The notes: generated from the sequence alone by a model not told the origin. Positions 49,788-59,167 are shown, counted from the first letter of the stretch. The stretch: DNA of 64,000 nt from Minisyncoccota bacterium (GCA_041658985.1 JBAZZC010000001.1:1813-65812); one strand, 5' to 3'. A program made the numbers and translations.

Positions 49788-50450
49788 CTAGGCCACCACG
49801 GGGGCGGTCAGTTGCGGGAAGACGAAGCGATGACGATCCTCGCCGTCCCAGACGTGGTCGAGCGACAGCCGGTGGGCGCGGACGTGGAGACCAAAGGGGC
49901 AGACGCGCACGCTCGCAACGAAGAACTCGTTGTCCTTCTTCACGAGGAAGAAGGTTCCGTAGCCATCCATTCTCAACCAGTCCTGGTGGGTCTCGCAGAA
50001 TGAGATGACCTGACCCTGGGTCATGACCAGATTGTCCAGAGGGACGCCGACATTGGCGTAAATGTCAACGAACTTGCCATTGCGGACGAGCTCGTGAACT
50101 TCCACGTCCGTGTTGGGGGTTGCCACTCCTTCCACGTCGAGACCGTAGTTGACGAAGTCGGGGTCGATGTAACCCCGAAACACCGTCTTGGCCTTGGCGA
50201 TAGTCCGCTTGCCCTTGCAGGCAGAGATGGTCAAAGTCTCCCCGCCCGAGACGAGACGGAGGTAGAAAGCGGACTTCTTGGTCGGCTTCACCACCTTCGG
50301 CATGATGTCGGCGTCGCCGTCGAGGTATGCCTTGATCATCCGAAGACGACCACCCGACCCAATGAGATTTACTTGTTCGGGGGTTAAGCCATCCTCTTCA
50401 AATCTGTCCGACAACCACTTCATCTGGTCAATCGTGTAGAGTAAGGACAT
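49788..50450 (-). CDS. Putative DGR target protein 1
   Basis: GC-rich; C-terminus FFVASVRV..GLHV..HRL..DHVWDGEDRHRFVFPQL with NNC codons at alternate positions; GAAAGGG SD. Confidence 0.6.
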   Translation of the reverse strand: MSLLYTIDQMKWLSDRFEEDGLTPEQVNLIGSGGRLRMIKAYLDGDADIMPKVVKPTKKSAFYLRLVSGGETLTISACKGKRTIAKAKTVFRGYIDPDFVNYGLDVEGVATPNTDVEVHELVRNGKFVDIYANVGVPLDNLVMTQGQVISFCETHQDWLRMDGYGTFFLVKKDNEFFVASVRVCPFGLHVRAHRLSLDHVWDGEDRHRFVFPQLTAPVVA

Positions 50451-50601
50451 CGTCCTACCCTTTCTGGCACATCGTGCCAATGCTGGCTCAGCGGGATGCT
50501 TTGCCACAGCAGAAAAGGTCATTGTTTTAGGGCACTTTCTGCTATGGCAAATCTTATTTTTGACTCTATAACACTTTTAAAGAACTGCTTAACTTATTAT
50601 A

Positions 50602-50630
50602 TTATACACCCCTAAACCACTTTAGTCAAG
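50602..50630 (-). promoter_or_regulatory. Sigma70-type promoter for target 1
   Basis: TTGACT-17-TATAAT; paralogous to the promoter at ~52027-52055. Confidence 0.7.
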
Positions 50631-50689
50631 GTGTGAGATTTACACAAAAACTTTCAAATTTAGGCAAAACCTGAGGCGTAAGCCTCGGT

Positions 50690-50725
50690 TTGCGCTCGTC
50701 GTTCCAACGGTTGAACGTGGCGAAA
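50690..50725 (-). repeat. DGR template-repeat (TR)-like segment, 36 nt
   Basis: Matches 51350-51385 at all 27 non-A positions; 7 of 9 adenines differ. Confidence 0.85.
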
Positions 50726-51035
50726 TGTACAGAATACCATCCAAACCACCTCCCCTAGAAATTCTTTTGAAGATTTCGGGGTTGAATATAATTTCGCATC
50801 ATAATGCGTCAGTATTCTGCACCAAGTATCTTCATTTTTTTGAAGTGTCTACATAAGTCCTCCGTCTGAAACCGTGGTCGCAGACGCTCTCAACTTATCC
50901 CAACAAGTGAGGAGCGTGTAAGAATTTATTCTTACGACGTCCGAGTGCCGTCGAGACAAAGGGTACAACCCTTTATGGATACTGGATTCGGCCGCCAGAA
51001 ACCTTAATCTCCAGCAAGATTCACCTACTACCATA
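50726..51035 (-). ncRNA. Putative structured RNA leading into the TR segment
   Basis: About 10 hairpins visible by eye; TATACT -10 at ~51039-51044; no convincing ORF. Confidence 0.5.
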
Positions 51036-51056
51036 TTTAGTATAACAAATTTTTTT

Positions 51057-51193
51057 ATCCGCACACCAACTTTGCCATCGTTTTTATGTTCTGTCTTGAT
51101 AGGTTATAAGATAAAAAAAATTATGTATAAATATTAAAATATTATTGATTTGTTTTTGTAAAAACAGAGCTATGGCAAAGTTGGTGTGCGGAT
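51057..51193. repeat. Family A element, copy 5
   Basis: ATCCGCACACCAACTTTGCCAT ... ATGGCAAAGTTGGTGTGCGGAT. Confidence 0.9.
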
Positions 51194-51281
51194 ATATCAA
51201 AAAACCGGCCACAGAAACTGTGCCGGGGTGCAGGGCTGAGGTCAAAGGTTCAAGGAGAACCGAGACCCCAGCCCTTAGAAC

Positions 51282-51906
51282 TTACTTGCGGACGCCAGCG
51301 AACCACCAGTAGGCGTCCCAGGCGTAGTCGTGGCGGTTTGACGTGCACGCGGCGCCCGCCGTGCCAACGGCGGAACGTGGCGAAACACCACTTGCCGTTC
51401 TCATCCTTCCAGTGCGTACCGTGAAGATGTGTGTCGGCGAAGGTGGGGTCCGCCTCGTTGACAGCAGCGACGGAGTACGGATCAGCGGGCTTGAGACCCG
51501 CAAACTCGTACTCCTTCTCCAAATCGTCGTCACTGATGACGCCGTTTTTGTAGGCCTCCGGACGAGGCTTGAAGAAAACGACCTCCGTCGGTCCGCCCGT
51601 ACCTTTCGGCATGGTCGCGACGACGCCGGCGTCAACGTACTGTTTCCGGCCCGTCGCCTTGAGCGTCGCTTCCGGAGTGCGCGTGTTGTCCACGTCGACC
51701 AGTCGAATGATGAGGTTGGCCAACGATTCGACCAGCTCGCGGAACACCGCGAACATCCTCATGCCGAGATTGTCCACCCCCAGCGCCTGCTGGGCGCCAT
51801 CCTTCGGAGTTTCCGCCTGATGCTTGCGCATGGCAGCACGGAGTTGGTCCACAACCGTGTCAATCTGTCCGTCGGTCATCGGAGATGCGGTCATGGTCTG
51901 TGCCAT
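51282..51906 (-). CDS. Putative DGR target protein 2 with +1 frameshift in its variable region
   Basis: Removing one A at 51337-51339 gives WCFATFRRWHGGRRVHVNRHDYAWDAYWWFAGVRK-stop; VR matches the TR; hairpin 51205-51226 downstream. Confidence 0.75.
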
Positions 51907-52155
51907 GGCGTCATCCTTTCGTGACTAGGCAACTGTATTGTCGCCATAGTTTTTAATTTACAAGATGTTTATGAACTAAAAACTATGGCGACTTGCAAGT
52001 AAGTATCAAAGAACTTAACTTTCTGTATTATACACCCTTAATCAGTTTCCGTCAAGGCGTGACATTTGACACAAAAACTTTCAAATTTAGGCAAAACCCG
52101 AGGCGTAGGCCTCAGTTTGTGCTCGTAGGATTTTTGCTCAAGGTTGTGTATTTGG

Positions 52156-52276
52156 GGGCTTTCATATTTGGATGCAGTTCGAGGCGGACGAAAAAAATAA
52201 CCCGAGCCTTACTTGTCGTAAGGTGAGGGCTATTTTTTAAAGTCCAACAAAGAAATGCGCCAAATATGAAAGTCCC
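52156..52276. repeat. Family B element, copy 9 (abuts pilB stop)
   Basis: GGGGCTTTCATATTTGGATGC ... GAGCCTTAC-TTGTC-GTAAGGTGA ... GCGCCAAATATGAAAGTCCC. Confidence 0.9.
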
Positions 52277-54027
52277 TATTCGGAGGTAGCGCGCAGTACC
52301 TCTTCTATGGTCGTAATCCCCTGCACTGCTTTAAATATACCATCTTCAAACATGGTCAGCATTCCTTCTTTTTCTGCCTGGGCCTGTATGGCATCTGACG
52401 TGCCAGATTTTAAAATAATTTCTTTAATGGTTGGGGTCATTTTTAAAATTTCATGTACTCCAACACGACCAGAATAACCATCGTCTCCCGAGACATCTTT
52501 CTTCATTCTCCAGAACGGTATTTTATCCCACGTTTCTGTCTTTCCCACGACTTTTTCGCTTCTTAGGGCTTCCAAAACTTTCGTCAAATTAACAGATTTG
52601 CCAAGTGTATCAAGTTCTCCCTTGGTCAAAATATATTTTTCTTTTTTATCTGTTAGTTTTCTCACTAACCTTTGAGCAATAATTACATTAATAGTGGAAA
52701 CAAGAAGAAACGGCTCAACTTTCATATCAATAAGCCGAGGAATGGCTCCAGCTGCGGAGTTGGTGTGAAGAGTTGAAAGGACAACATGTCCAGTAAGAGA
52801 AGCGTTGATAGCTAGAGCCGCTGTTTCGTTATCGCGAATCTCACCGACCATAATAATATCTGGGTCTTGGCGAACAAGAGTGCGCAATCCATTGGCAAAC
52901 GTCAGTCCAATTTCAGGACGAACTTGGGTTTGGTTGATTCTTTTCATTTGGTACTCAATTGGGTCTTCAACGGTAGAAATATTAACATCAGGAGTATTTA
53001 AAATATCGAGAATTGTATAAAGAGTTGTGGTTTTTCCTGAACCAGTCGGACCAGTGGTCAGAATCATCCCTGTAGTTGATTTTACTGCAGCATGGATTCT
53101 TTCTAACCCTTCACCATGAAAATGAAGTGACTCCAATGTAAATCCAGAAACATTTTCTCGCAAGAGTCTCATGACCACTTTTTCTCCATAATAAGTCGGT
53201 AAGGTCGAAACACGAAATGAAACTTTTTCGCCATCCGAATCAATTTTAAATCTTCCGTCTTGAGGAAGACGCTTTTCGTCCAACTTTAGACTTGATAATA
53301 CTTTTATACGAGCAACAATACTTGGAGCCATGTTTTTTGGTAAAATCATGGCATCGTGTAAAAGACCGTCAAGACGATATCGAACCAATAGTTCTTTTTC
53401 CTGTGGTTCAATATGAATATCGGATGCATTTTGTAAAATGGCGTGTTTTAGTAAGGTGTCAACAATACGCACAACCGGAACATCATCCGCCAGTTTTCTT
53501 AAATCTTCTTCGCTGGTTGCTGCTTCTTCTTCATCAAAAATATTTTTTATTGAGTCAGCGTCTTTTTGAATCAAGTCGCCAAATTCTGCTTTTAGTGATT
53601 TTTGATACTGCAGAATAGCACTTTTCATCGACTCAGCATCAGTTAGACGAGGAAGGATTTTTAAACCAACTTTCTTTTTAACAAAATCAATTGCAGTGAG
53701 GTCTTCTGTATCAAGCATGGCCACTTCCAAAGCTGTATCAGTCTTCTTGAAAGCAACGATATTGTGATTACGAGCAATTGGCTCCGGAATAAGAGAAAGA
53801 ACTTCAAAAGGTAGTTTTTCTTTTTTCAGGTCGACAAAAGGAATACCAAGAATGTAGGCCTGCATCCGACGAAAGTCGTCCTCTGTCATCTTTCCTTTAC
53901 TTACCAAAATTTTTCCAAGACTTCCTCCAGTTTCTTTGCTTTCTTTTTCAGCGAGCTCCAAATCACTTCGTGAGACAAGACCTGAGTCTAGGATAAACTC
54001 TTTTAATTGTGCTTCTTCAATATGCAT
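52276..54027 (-). CDS. pilB: Type IV pilus assembly ATPase PilB/GspE
   Basis: ASDIHIEP, GPTGSGKTTTLY, RQDPD.IMVGEIRD, TGH. Confidence 0.95.
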   Translation of the reverse strand: MHIEEAQLKEFILDSGLVSRSDLELAEKESKETGGSLGKILVSKGKMTEDDFRRMQAYILGIPFVDLKKEKLPFEVLSLIPEPIARNHNIVAFKKTDTALEVAMLDTEDLTAIDFVKKKVGLKILPRLTDAESMKSAILQYQKSLKAEFGDLIQKDADSIKNIFDEEEAATSEEDLRKLADDVPVVRIVDTLLKHAILQNASDIHIEPQEKELLVRYRLDGLLHDAMILPKNMAPSIVARIKVLSSLKLDEKRLPQDGRFKIDSDGEKVSFRVSTLPTYYGEKVVMRLLRENVSGFTLESLHFHGEGLERIHAAVKSTTGMILTTGPTGSGKTTTLYTILDILNTPDVNISTVEDPIEYQMKRINQTQVRPEIGLTFANGLRTLVRQDPDIIMVGEIRDNETAALAINASLTGHVVLSTLHTNSAAGAIPRLIDMKVEPFLLVSTINVIIAQRLVRKLTDKKEKYILTKGELDTLGKSVNLTKVLEALRSEKVVGKTETWDKIPFWRMKKDVSGDDGYSGRVGVHEILKMTPTIKEIILKSGTSDAIQAQAEKEGMLTMFEDGIFKAVQGITTIEEVLRATSE

Positions 54028-54189
54028 ATGAGTAGTTGAAAGTTTATAAAGTCCATAAAATCAAAAGTGAACTAAAATTTACTTTATAGACTTTGGACTT
54101 CACGACTTTTGACTCATTCATTATATCAAAAAAATATCTTTTTACATAAAAAATGTGTATAAGAAAATAAAATTAAAAACGTATTATAT

Positions 54190-54603
54190 CTATCCCTTAA
54201 TACCACGGACTTCCATCTCTTTTTCAATAAGCCTGAGTGATATCATTTCACTAAGACGATGTGTAGAATCCCGAGACACATCTAAATCTTGAAATGCTAC
54301 CCGAAGTTCTTCATCACTCAATTTTTTTATTCTTTGTTCCTCATTGTATTCAAACTGTGCTCTACCTTCTGCACCATCGGCATCTCTCTCAAGGTCTTTT
54401 ATACCATCTTCAATACTATTCCGACGACTATAAGATTCTGTTCTCGGACCCATTGTTTCTAATAAGGCCGTATCCTCCTTTATCCTTTCACGAGATATTT
54501 TTCCAGCTTTAGCCATTACTTGAGCTTCTTCTATATTTACAACTCTTCCTGAAGCTTCATCTTCAGGGGTTGAAAAGAATCCTTTTAATTCTTCTTTAGA
54601 CAT
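54190..54603 (-). CDS. Hypothetical protein
   Basis: 137-aa charged ORF. Confidence 0.6.
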   Translation of the reverse strand: MSKEELKGFFSTPEDEASGRVVNIEEAQVMAKAGKISRERIKEDTALLETMGPRTESYSRRNSIEDGIKDLERDADGAEGRAQFEYNEEQRIKKLSDEELRVAFQDLDVSRDSTHRLSEMISLRLIEKEMEVRGIKG

Positions 54604-54821
54604 AAAATTTTTGTTAGAGTAATAATTAAGTTACATACTAAGAATATCTCGTACCTATTTTTTTAACAAGCCCTACTTATAATCATTGACAAAAATATAT
54701 CGTTTATGCTAATATAGCACTATTGAAGTTCGCCCACCCGGGCGGGCCATTTTTTTAGGGAAAATTCGTAGCCATTCGTAGATTCGCATTATTCGCATAT
54801 TCGTATATAACAATAAATAAC

Positions 54822-55991
54822 ATGATGGATTTAAAGGTAATTAACTCAGTGCTAGCCCAGCTGGAGGAAGAGCGTGGTATCCCAAGAGAAAAAATCTTGG
54901 AGGCTATTGAACTTGCTTTGGCTACTGCATACAAAAGAGAGTACGGTAAAAAGGGCCAAATTATTCGGGCAAAATTTGATATAAACACAGGAAAAACTGA
55001 AATGTTTCAGGTTAAAATTGCTGTAGACGAAAGTACTGTTGCTATGAACGAAGATGAAATCCCTACTGATATAAAAGAGGGTGAAAAAGAAATGGATTTA
55101 TACAATCCCGAACATCATATGATGCTCTCCGACGCTCGTCGCATAAAGAAAGACGTTGTGTTAGGTGAAGAAATGATATTTCCCCTTGAAGCCCAGGATG
55201 ACTACAGCCGTATCGCTGCCCAAACAGCAAAACAAGTCATTATGCAAAAAATCCGTGAGGCAGAAAAAGTTTCTGTTATGTCAGAATATGGTAAAAGAGA
55301 GGGTGAGATTGTCACTGGCACGGTTCAAAGAATAGAGAGAGGTAATGTTTTTATTGATATGGGTCGAGCTACAGGCTTACTTCCCTATGAAGAACAGATT
55401 CCAGGTGAGAGATTTGGACAAGGAGAAAGAGTCCGAGCATATTTATATAGAGTGGAAGAGTCAGGAAAGGGTGTTTTCTTACGACTTTCTCGTTCACACC
55501 CAAAGCTGTTGGAAAAATTATTTGAAGCAGAAACTCCAGAAATAGCTAATGGCACAGTGATTATAAAATCAGTGGCTAGAGAGGCTGGTAGTCGTACTAA
55601 AATAGCTGTTAGCTCAACCGACCAGCACATTGACCCAGTTGGTTCAATGGTTGGACAGAGAGGAGTCCGAGTTTCGACGGTTATGTCAGAACTTGGTGGT
55701 GAAAAAATTGATATTATTGAGTGGTCAGAAGACCCAAAGAAGTTTATAGAAGACGCCCTCTCACCAGCAAAGGTTTTATCTGTAACACTAAACGAGGAAG
55801 AAAAGCAGGCCACAATCATGGTTTCGGAAGACCAACAATCTTTAGCAATTGGAAAAGGTGGTCAAAATGTTCGACTAGCAGCCAAACTGACTGGATGGAA
55901 GATTGACATACAATCAGCCACAAATAAACCCGACATATCAAGAGACATCTTGGCTCACGAGGAAGAAGAACCAGAAGAGAGTGTTGTCTAG
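54822..55991 (+). CDS. nusA: Transcription factor NusA
   Basis: RIAAQTAKQ, REAGSRTK, AIGKGGQNVRLA. Confidence 0.97.
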   Translation: MMDLKVINSVLAQLEEERGIPREKILEAIELALATAYKREYGKKGQIIRAKFDINTGKTEMFQVKIAVDESTVAMNEDEIPTDIKEGEKEMDLYNPEHHMMLSDARRIKKDVVLGEEMIFPLEAQDDYSRIAAQTAKQVIMQKIREAEKVSVMSEYGKREGEIVTGTVQRIERGNVFIDMGRATGLLPYEEQIPGERFGQGERVRAYLYRVEESGKGVFLRLSRSHPKLLEKLFEAETPEIANGTVIIKSVAREAGSRTKIAVSSTDQHIDPVGSMVGQRGVRVSTVMSELGGEKIDIIEWSEDPKKFIEDALSPAKVLSVTLNEEEKQATIMVSEDQQSLAIGKGGQNVRLAAKLTGWKIDIQSATNKPDISRDILAHEEEEPEESVV

Positions 55992-56032
55992 TAGTAGAAG
56001 TTGATGTAGTATCTCTTATTATTAGTTAAAAA

Positions 56033-56070
56033 CCCCGACGCTACGGTCGGGGAACCGACCGTAGCGTCGG
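56033..56070. repeat. GC-rich REP-like palindrome
   Basis: CCGACGCTACGGTCGG-GGAA-CCGACCGTAGCGTCGG. Confidence 0.8.
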
Positions 56071-56084
56071 CTTTAAAAATTATC

Positions 56085-58097
56085 ATGAACACATACCTCG
56101 TATTTGCTCTACTAGCCTCTGTCGTTGCTATCGTCTATGGTCTTATTTTAGCAAAATCCATTCTAAAAAAGAGCCCTGGGAATGAGCGCATGCAGGAAAT
56201 TGCCAAGGCCATTCAAGAGGGCGCCCAAGCATATTTAAATAAACAATATAAAACTATAGGAATGATCGCCGTAGTGCTTTTTCTAGTCATTGGTTTTATA
56301 CCAAAACTTGGTTGGATTATGGCTCTCGGATTTTTAGTTGGAGCTATCTTCTCTGCCTTGGCTGGATATATAGGTATGAATGTGTCAGTTAGAGCAAATG
56401 TTAGGACAGCAGAAGCTGCTCGAGGAGGAATAGATGGTGCCCTTTCTTTAGCTTTTAAGGGCGGGACCGTTACGGGACTTTTGGTTGTTGGTCTTGCTCT
56501 TCTTGGTGTCACTGGTTTTTACGTAATCACAAAAGATGTTACCGCTTTGGTTGGTCTTGGTTTTGGGGCTTCTCTTATTTCGGTCTTTGCAAGATTGGGT
56601 GGTGGAATTTTTACAAAGGCAGCTGATGTAGGTGCTGACCTTGTTGGTAAACTTGAAGCTGGTATTCCAGAAGATGACCCAAGAAATCCTGGGGTTATTG
56701 CCGACAATGTTGGTGACAACGTTGGTGATTGTGCCGGTATGGCCGCTGACCTTTTTGAGACTTATGCTGTCACATCAGTGGCTACTATGCTTTTAGGCTC
56801 GCTTCTTTTTGCTGGATTCGAAAATGCAGTCATTTATCCGCTAGCTATTGGTGGAATGGCAATCTTTGCGTCAATTATAGGCACGTGGTTTGTGCGTCTC
56901 AGTAAATCAAAAAATATTATGGGGGCTTTGTACAAAGGCCTGATTGCTTCTGGAATTATTGCCGCTGTTACCTTCTATCCCATTACAAAGATGCTCATGT
57001 CTGGAAACGGTAAGTATGCAGTACTAGATTTGTTTCTTTGTTCTCTAGTTGGATTGTTGGTAACCGGAGCTTTAGTTGTCATTACAGAATATTTTACTTC
57101 AACAAAATATTCTCCAGTACAATCTATCGCCCTAGCTTCTGTTTCCGGTCACGGAACAAATGTTATCCAAGGTTTAGCTATCTCAATGAAATCTACCGCT
57201 TGGCCTTTAATTACTATTGTCCTAGGAATTCTTGCTTCTTATTATTTTGGTGGGCTTTATGGAATTGCTGTAGCCGCTATGTCCATGCTCTCAATGACAG
57301 GAATTATTGTGGCCATAGATGCATATGGTCCGATTACCGACAACGCTGGAGGAATCGCTGAAATGGCAAATCTTCCAGAAGAGGTTCGCAATGTTACAGA
57401 CCCACTTGATGCGGTTGGAAACACCACAAAAGCTGTAACAAAGGGTTACGCTATTGGTTCTGCGGGGTTAGCTGCTTTGGTTTTGTTTGCATCTTATACA
57501 GAAGAAATCGTTAAAGCGGGCAAAAGCATAACTTTTGATTTAAGTAACCCATATGTAATCGTCGGTTTGTTTTTGGGTGGACTTCTTCCCTACTACTTCG
57601 GTGCGCTTTGTATGGAAGCCGTAGGAAAAACCGCAGGCAAGGTGGTAGAAGAAATCCGAAGACAGTTTAGAGAAATAAAAGGAATCATGGAGGGCACAGC
57701 CAAACCAGATTATGCTAAAGCCGTTTCAATTATCACGGGTAGTGCTATTAAACAGATGATTGTGCCAGCCCTAATACCAGTCTTGGCTCCAATTTTAGTG
57801 ATGTTGGTTTTTGGAAAAGAAATTGGGCTTGTAGTACTCGGAGGCTTACTTGTTGGTTCTATTATTACTGGACTATTCGTAGCAATCTCAATGACCTCGG
57901 GTGGTGGAGCATGGGACAATGCCAAGAAACACATTGAGCAGGGTAATCATGGTGGTAAAGGTAGTGATGCTCACAAAGCAGCTGTGACTGGAGATACTGT
58001 CGGTGACCCATACAAAGATACAGCCGGACCAGCCATGAATCCAATGATTAAAATACTAAATATTGTAGCTCTTATTATTGTGACTCTTATGATTTAG
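56085..58097 (+). CDS. hppA: Membrane-bound pyrophosphatase, likely K+-independent H+-pumping type
   Basis: [26 protein letters not shown]; GNTTKA carries the Lys linked to K+ independence. Confidence 0.93.
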   Translation: MNTYLVFALLASVVAIVYGLILAKSILKKSPGNERMQEIAKAIQEGAQAYLNKQYKTIGMIAVVLFLVIGFIPKLGWIMALGFLVGAIFSALAGYIGMNVSVRANVRTAEAARGGIDGALSLAFKGGTVTGLLVVGLALLGVTGFYVITKDVTALVGLGFGASLISVFARLGGGIFTKAADVGADLVGKLEAGIPEDDPRNPGVIADNVGDNVGDCAGMAADLFETYAVTSVATMLLGSLLFAGFENAVIYPLAIGGMAIFASIIGTWFVRLSKSKNIMGALYKGLIASGIIAAVTFYPITKMLMSGNGKYAVLDLFLCSLVGLLVTGALVVITEYFTSTKYSPVQSIALASVSGHGTNVIQGLAISMKSTAWPLITIVLGILASYYFGGLYGIAVAAMSMLSMTGIIVAIDAYGPITDNAGGIAEMANLPEEVRNVTDPLDAVGNTTKAVTKGYAIGSAGLAALVLFASYTEEIVKAGKSITFDLSNPYVIVGLFLGGLLPYYFGALCMEAVGKTAGKVVEEIRRQFREIKGIMEGTAKPDYAKAVSIITGSAIKQMIVPALIPVLAPILVMLVFGKEIGLVVLGGLLVGSIITGLFVAISMTSGGGAWDNAKKHIEQGNHGGKGSDAHKAAVTGDTVGDPYKDTAGPAMNPMIKILNIVALIIVTLMI

Positions 58098-58106
58098 CTA
58101 GAAGTA

Positions 58107-58239
58107 AATTATAAAACTCTTGGCTTGATATATATTTTTTGGGGCACGGATATTTTTCTGCTGAAAAATTCCTCGTGCTCCCTCCGTCGAGCGTCGCAAG
58201 TCCCCAAAAAATATACATCTGCGCCGTAGTTTTATAATT
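58107..58239. repeat. Long branched inverted-repeat element after hppA stop
   Basis: AATTATAAAACT..TATATTTTTTGGGG ... CCCCAAAAAATATA..AGTTTTATAATT. Confidence 0.75.
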
Positions 58240-58321
58240 CTCATATAACCAACAAAAAACTCGGTTTGTTATCCGAGTTTTTTGTTATATAATAGATTGA
58301 CTCGGATTTATCATTAACTTC

Positions 58322-58452
58322 ATCCGCACACTAAGTCTGTCATCGTTTTATTTCATAAAACAAAACTGATTAAATAAAACATCAGTAAAAAATTGAAATA
58401 AAATGCGATGATAATAAAATAAAAGGAATAATGACAGACTTAGTGTGCGGAT
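58322..58452. repeat. Family A element, copy 6
   Basis: ATCCGCACACTAAGTCTGTCAT ... ATGACAGACTTAGTGTGCGGAT. Confidence 0.92.
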
Positions 58453-58462
58453 AAACTAAAAA

Positions 58463-59146
58463 ATGAAAAAATTTATATTAAACACACTATTAATTACTCT
58501 TATTTTTGGTGCAAACATTGCTTTGGCGCAAACAGGAGCTATCTGTACCCAGGAGGCCAAACAGTGTCCTGACGGTTCGTACGTCGGAAGAACTGGACTA
58601 AACTGTGAATTTGCAAAATGTCCAAACTCTGTTTCTACTTCTACTTCAGCAACACCAAGACAAGGGTTAATGCAAAAATTAAAGAATGTGGTAGAAAATA
58701 AAAAAGAAGTCAGAGAAGAAGTAAAAAACAAGATTCAAGACAGAGTTTCTAGTACCACAGCGCAAAGAATTGAGAAGCGTTTTGAAAAAGTAGCAACAAA
58801 ATACTTAAGAACAATTGAAAGAGAAGAAGCTATTATGGCAAAAATTGTTTCTAGAATTGAAAAGATAAAAGCTAATGGAGGAAATGTGATAGAAGCAGAA
58901 AAACTTGTGGCCACAGCAAAAATCTCACTAACTCAAGCAAGAACGATTTATGAAACATTAAAAATATCTGCCAACTCTGCTGATTCAGTCGAAAAAATAA
59001 CCAAAGAAACATTAACCAACTTAAAAAATACAGCAAAAAATGTAGAAAAATACTTAAGAGAGGCTCACAAATCATTACAAAAAATAGTCGGTGTCTTAAG
59101 AGGTGTTTCAGGGTTGCGAAATGCCACTTCTACAAAAGAAGATTAA
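58463..59146 (+). CDS. Secreted protein with CT.EAK.CPDGS motif and coiled coil
   Basis: Signal peptide; CTQEAKQCPDGSYVGRTGLNCEFAKCP. Confidence 0.75.
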   Translation: MKKFILNTLLITLIFGANIALAQTGAICTQEAKQCPDGSYVGRTGLNCEFAKCPNSVSTSTSATPRQGLMQKLKNVVENKKEVREEVKNKIQDRVSSTTAQRIEKRFEKVATKYLRTIEREEAIMAKIVSRIEKIKANGGNVIEAEKLVATAKISLTQARTIYETLKISANSADSVEKITKETLTNLKNTAKNVEKYLREAHKSLQKIVGVLRGVSGLRNATSTKED

Positions 59147-59167
59147 TAATTATTATTAAACTAATTC

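Noticed and set aside
50849-51064. 71-aa ORF as Avd accessory protein
   Set aside because: No Avd-like helical pattern, it starts inside a family A repeat, and the region is better explained by RNA stems.
10761-52276. Family B elements as integron attC sites or simple terminators
   Set aside because: They follow core genes, lack consistent RYYYAAC/GTTRRRY boxes, and are long rods within operons rather than short stems with U tails.
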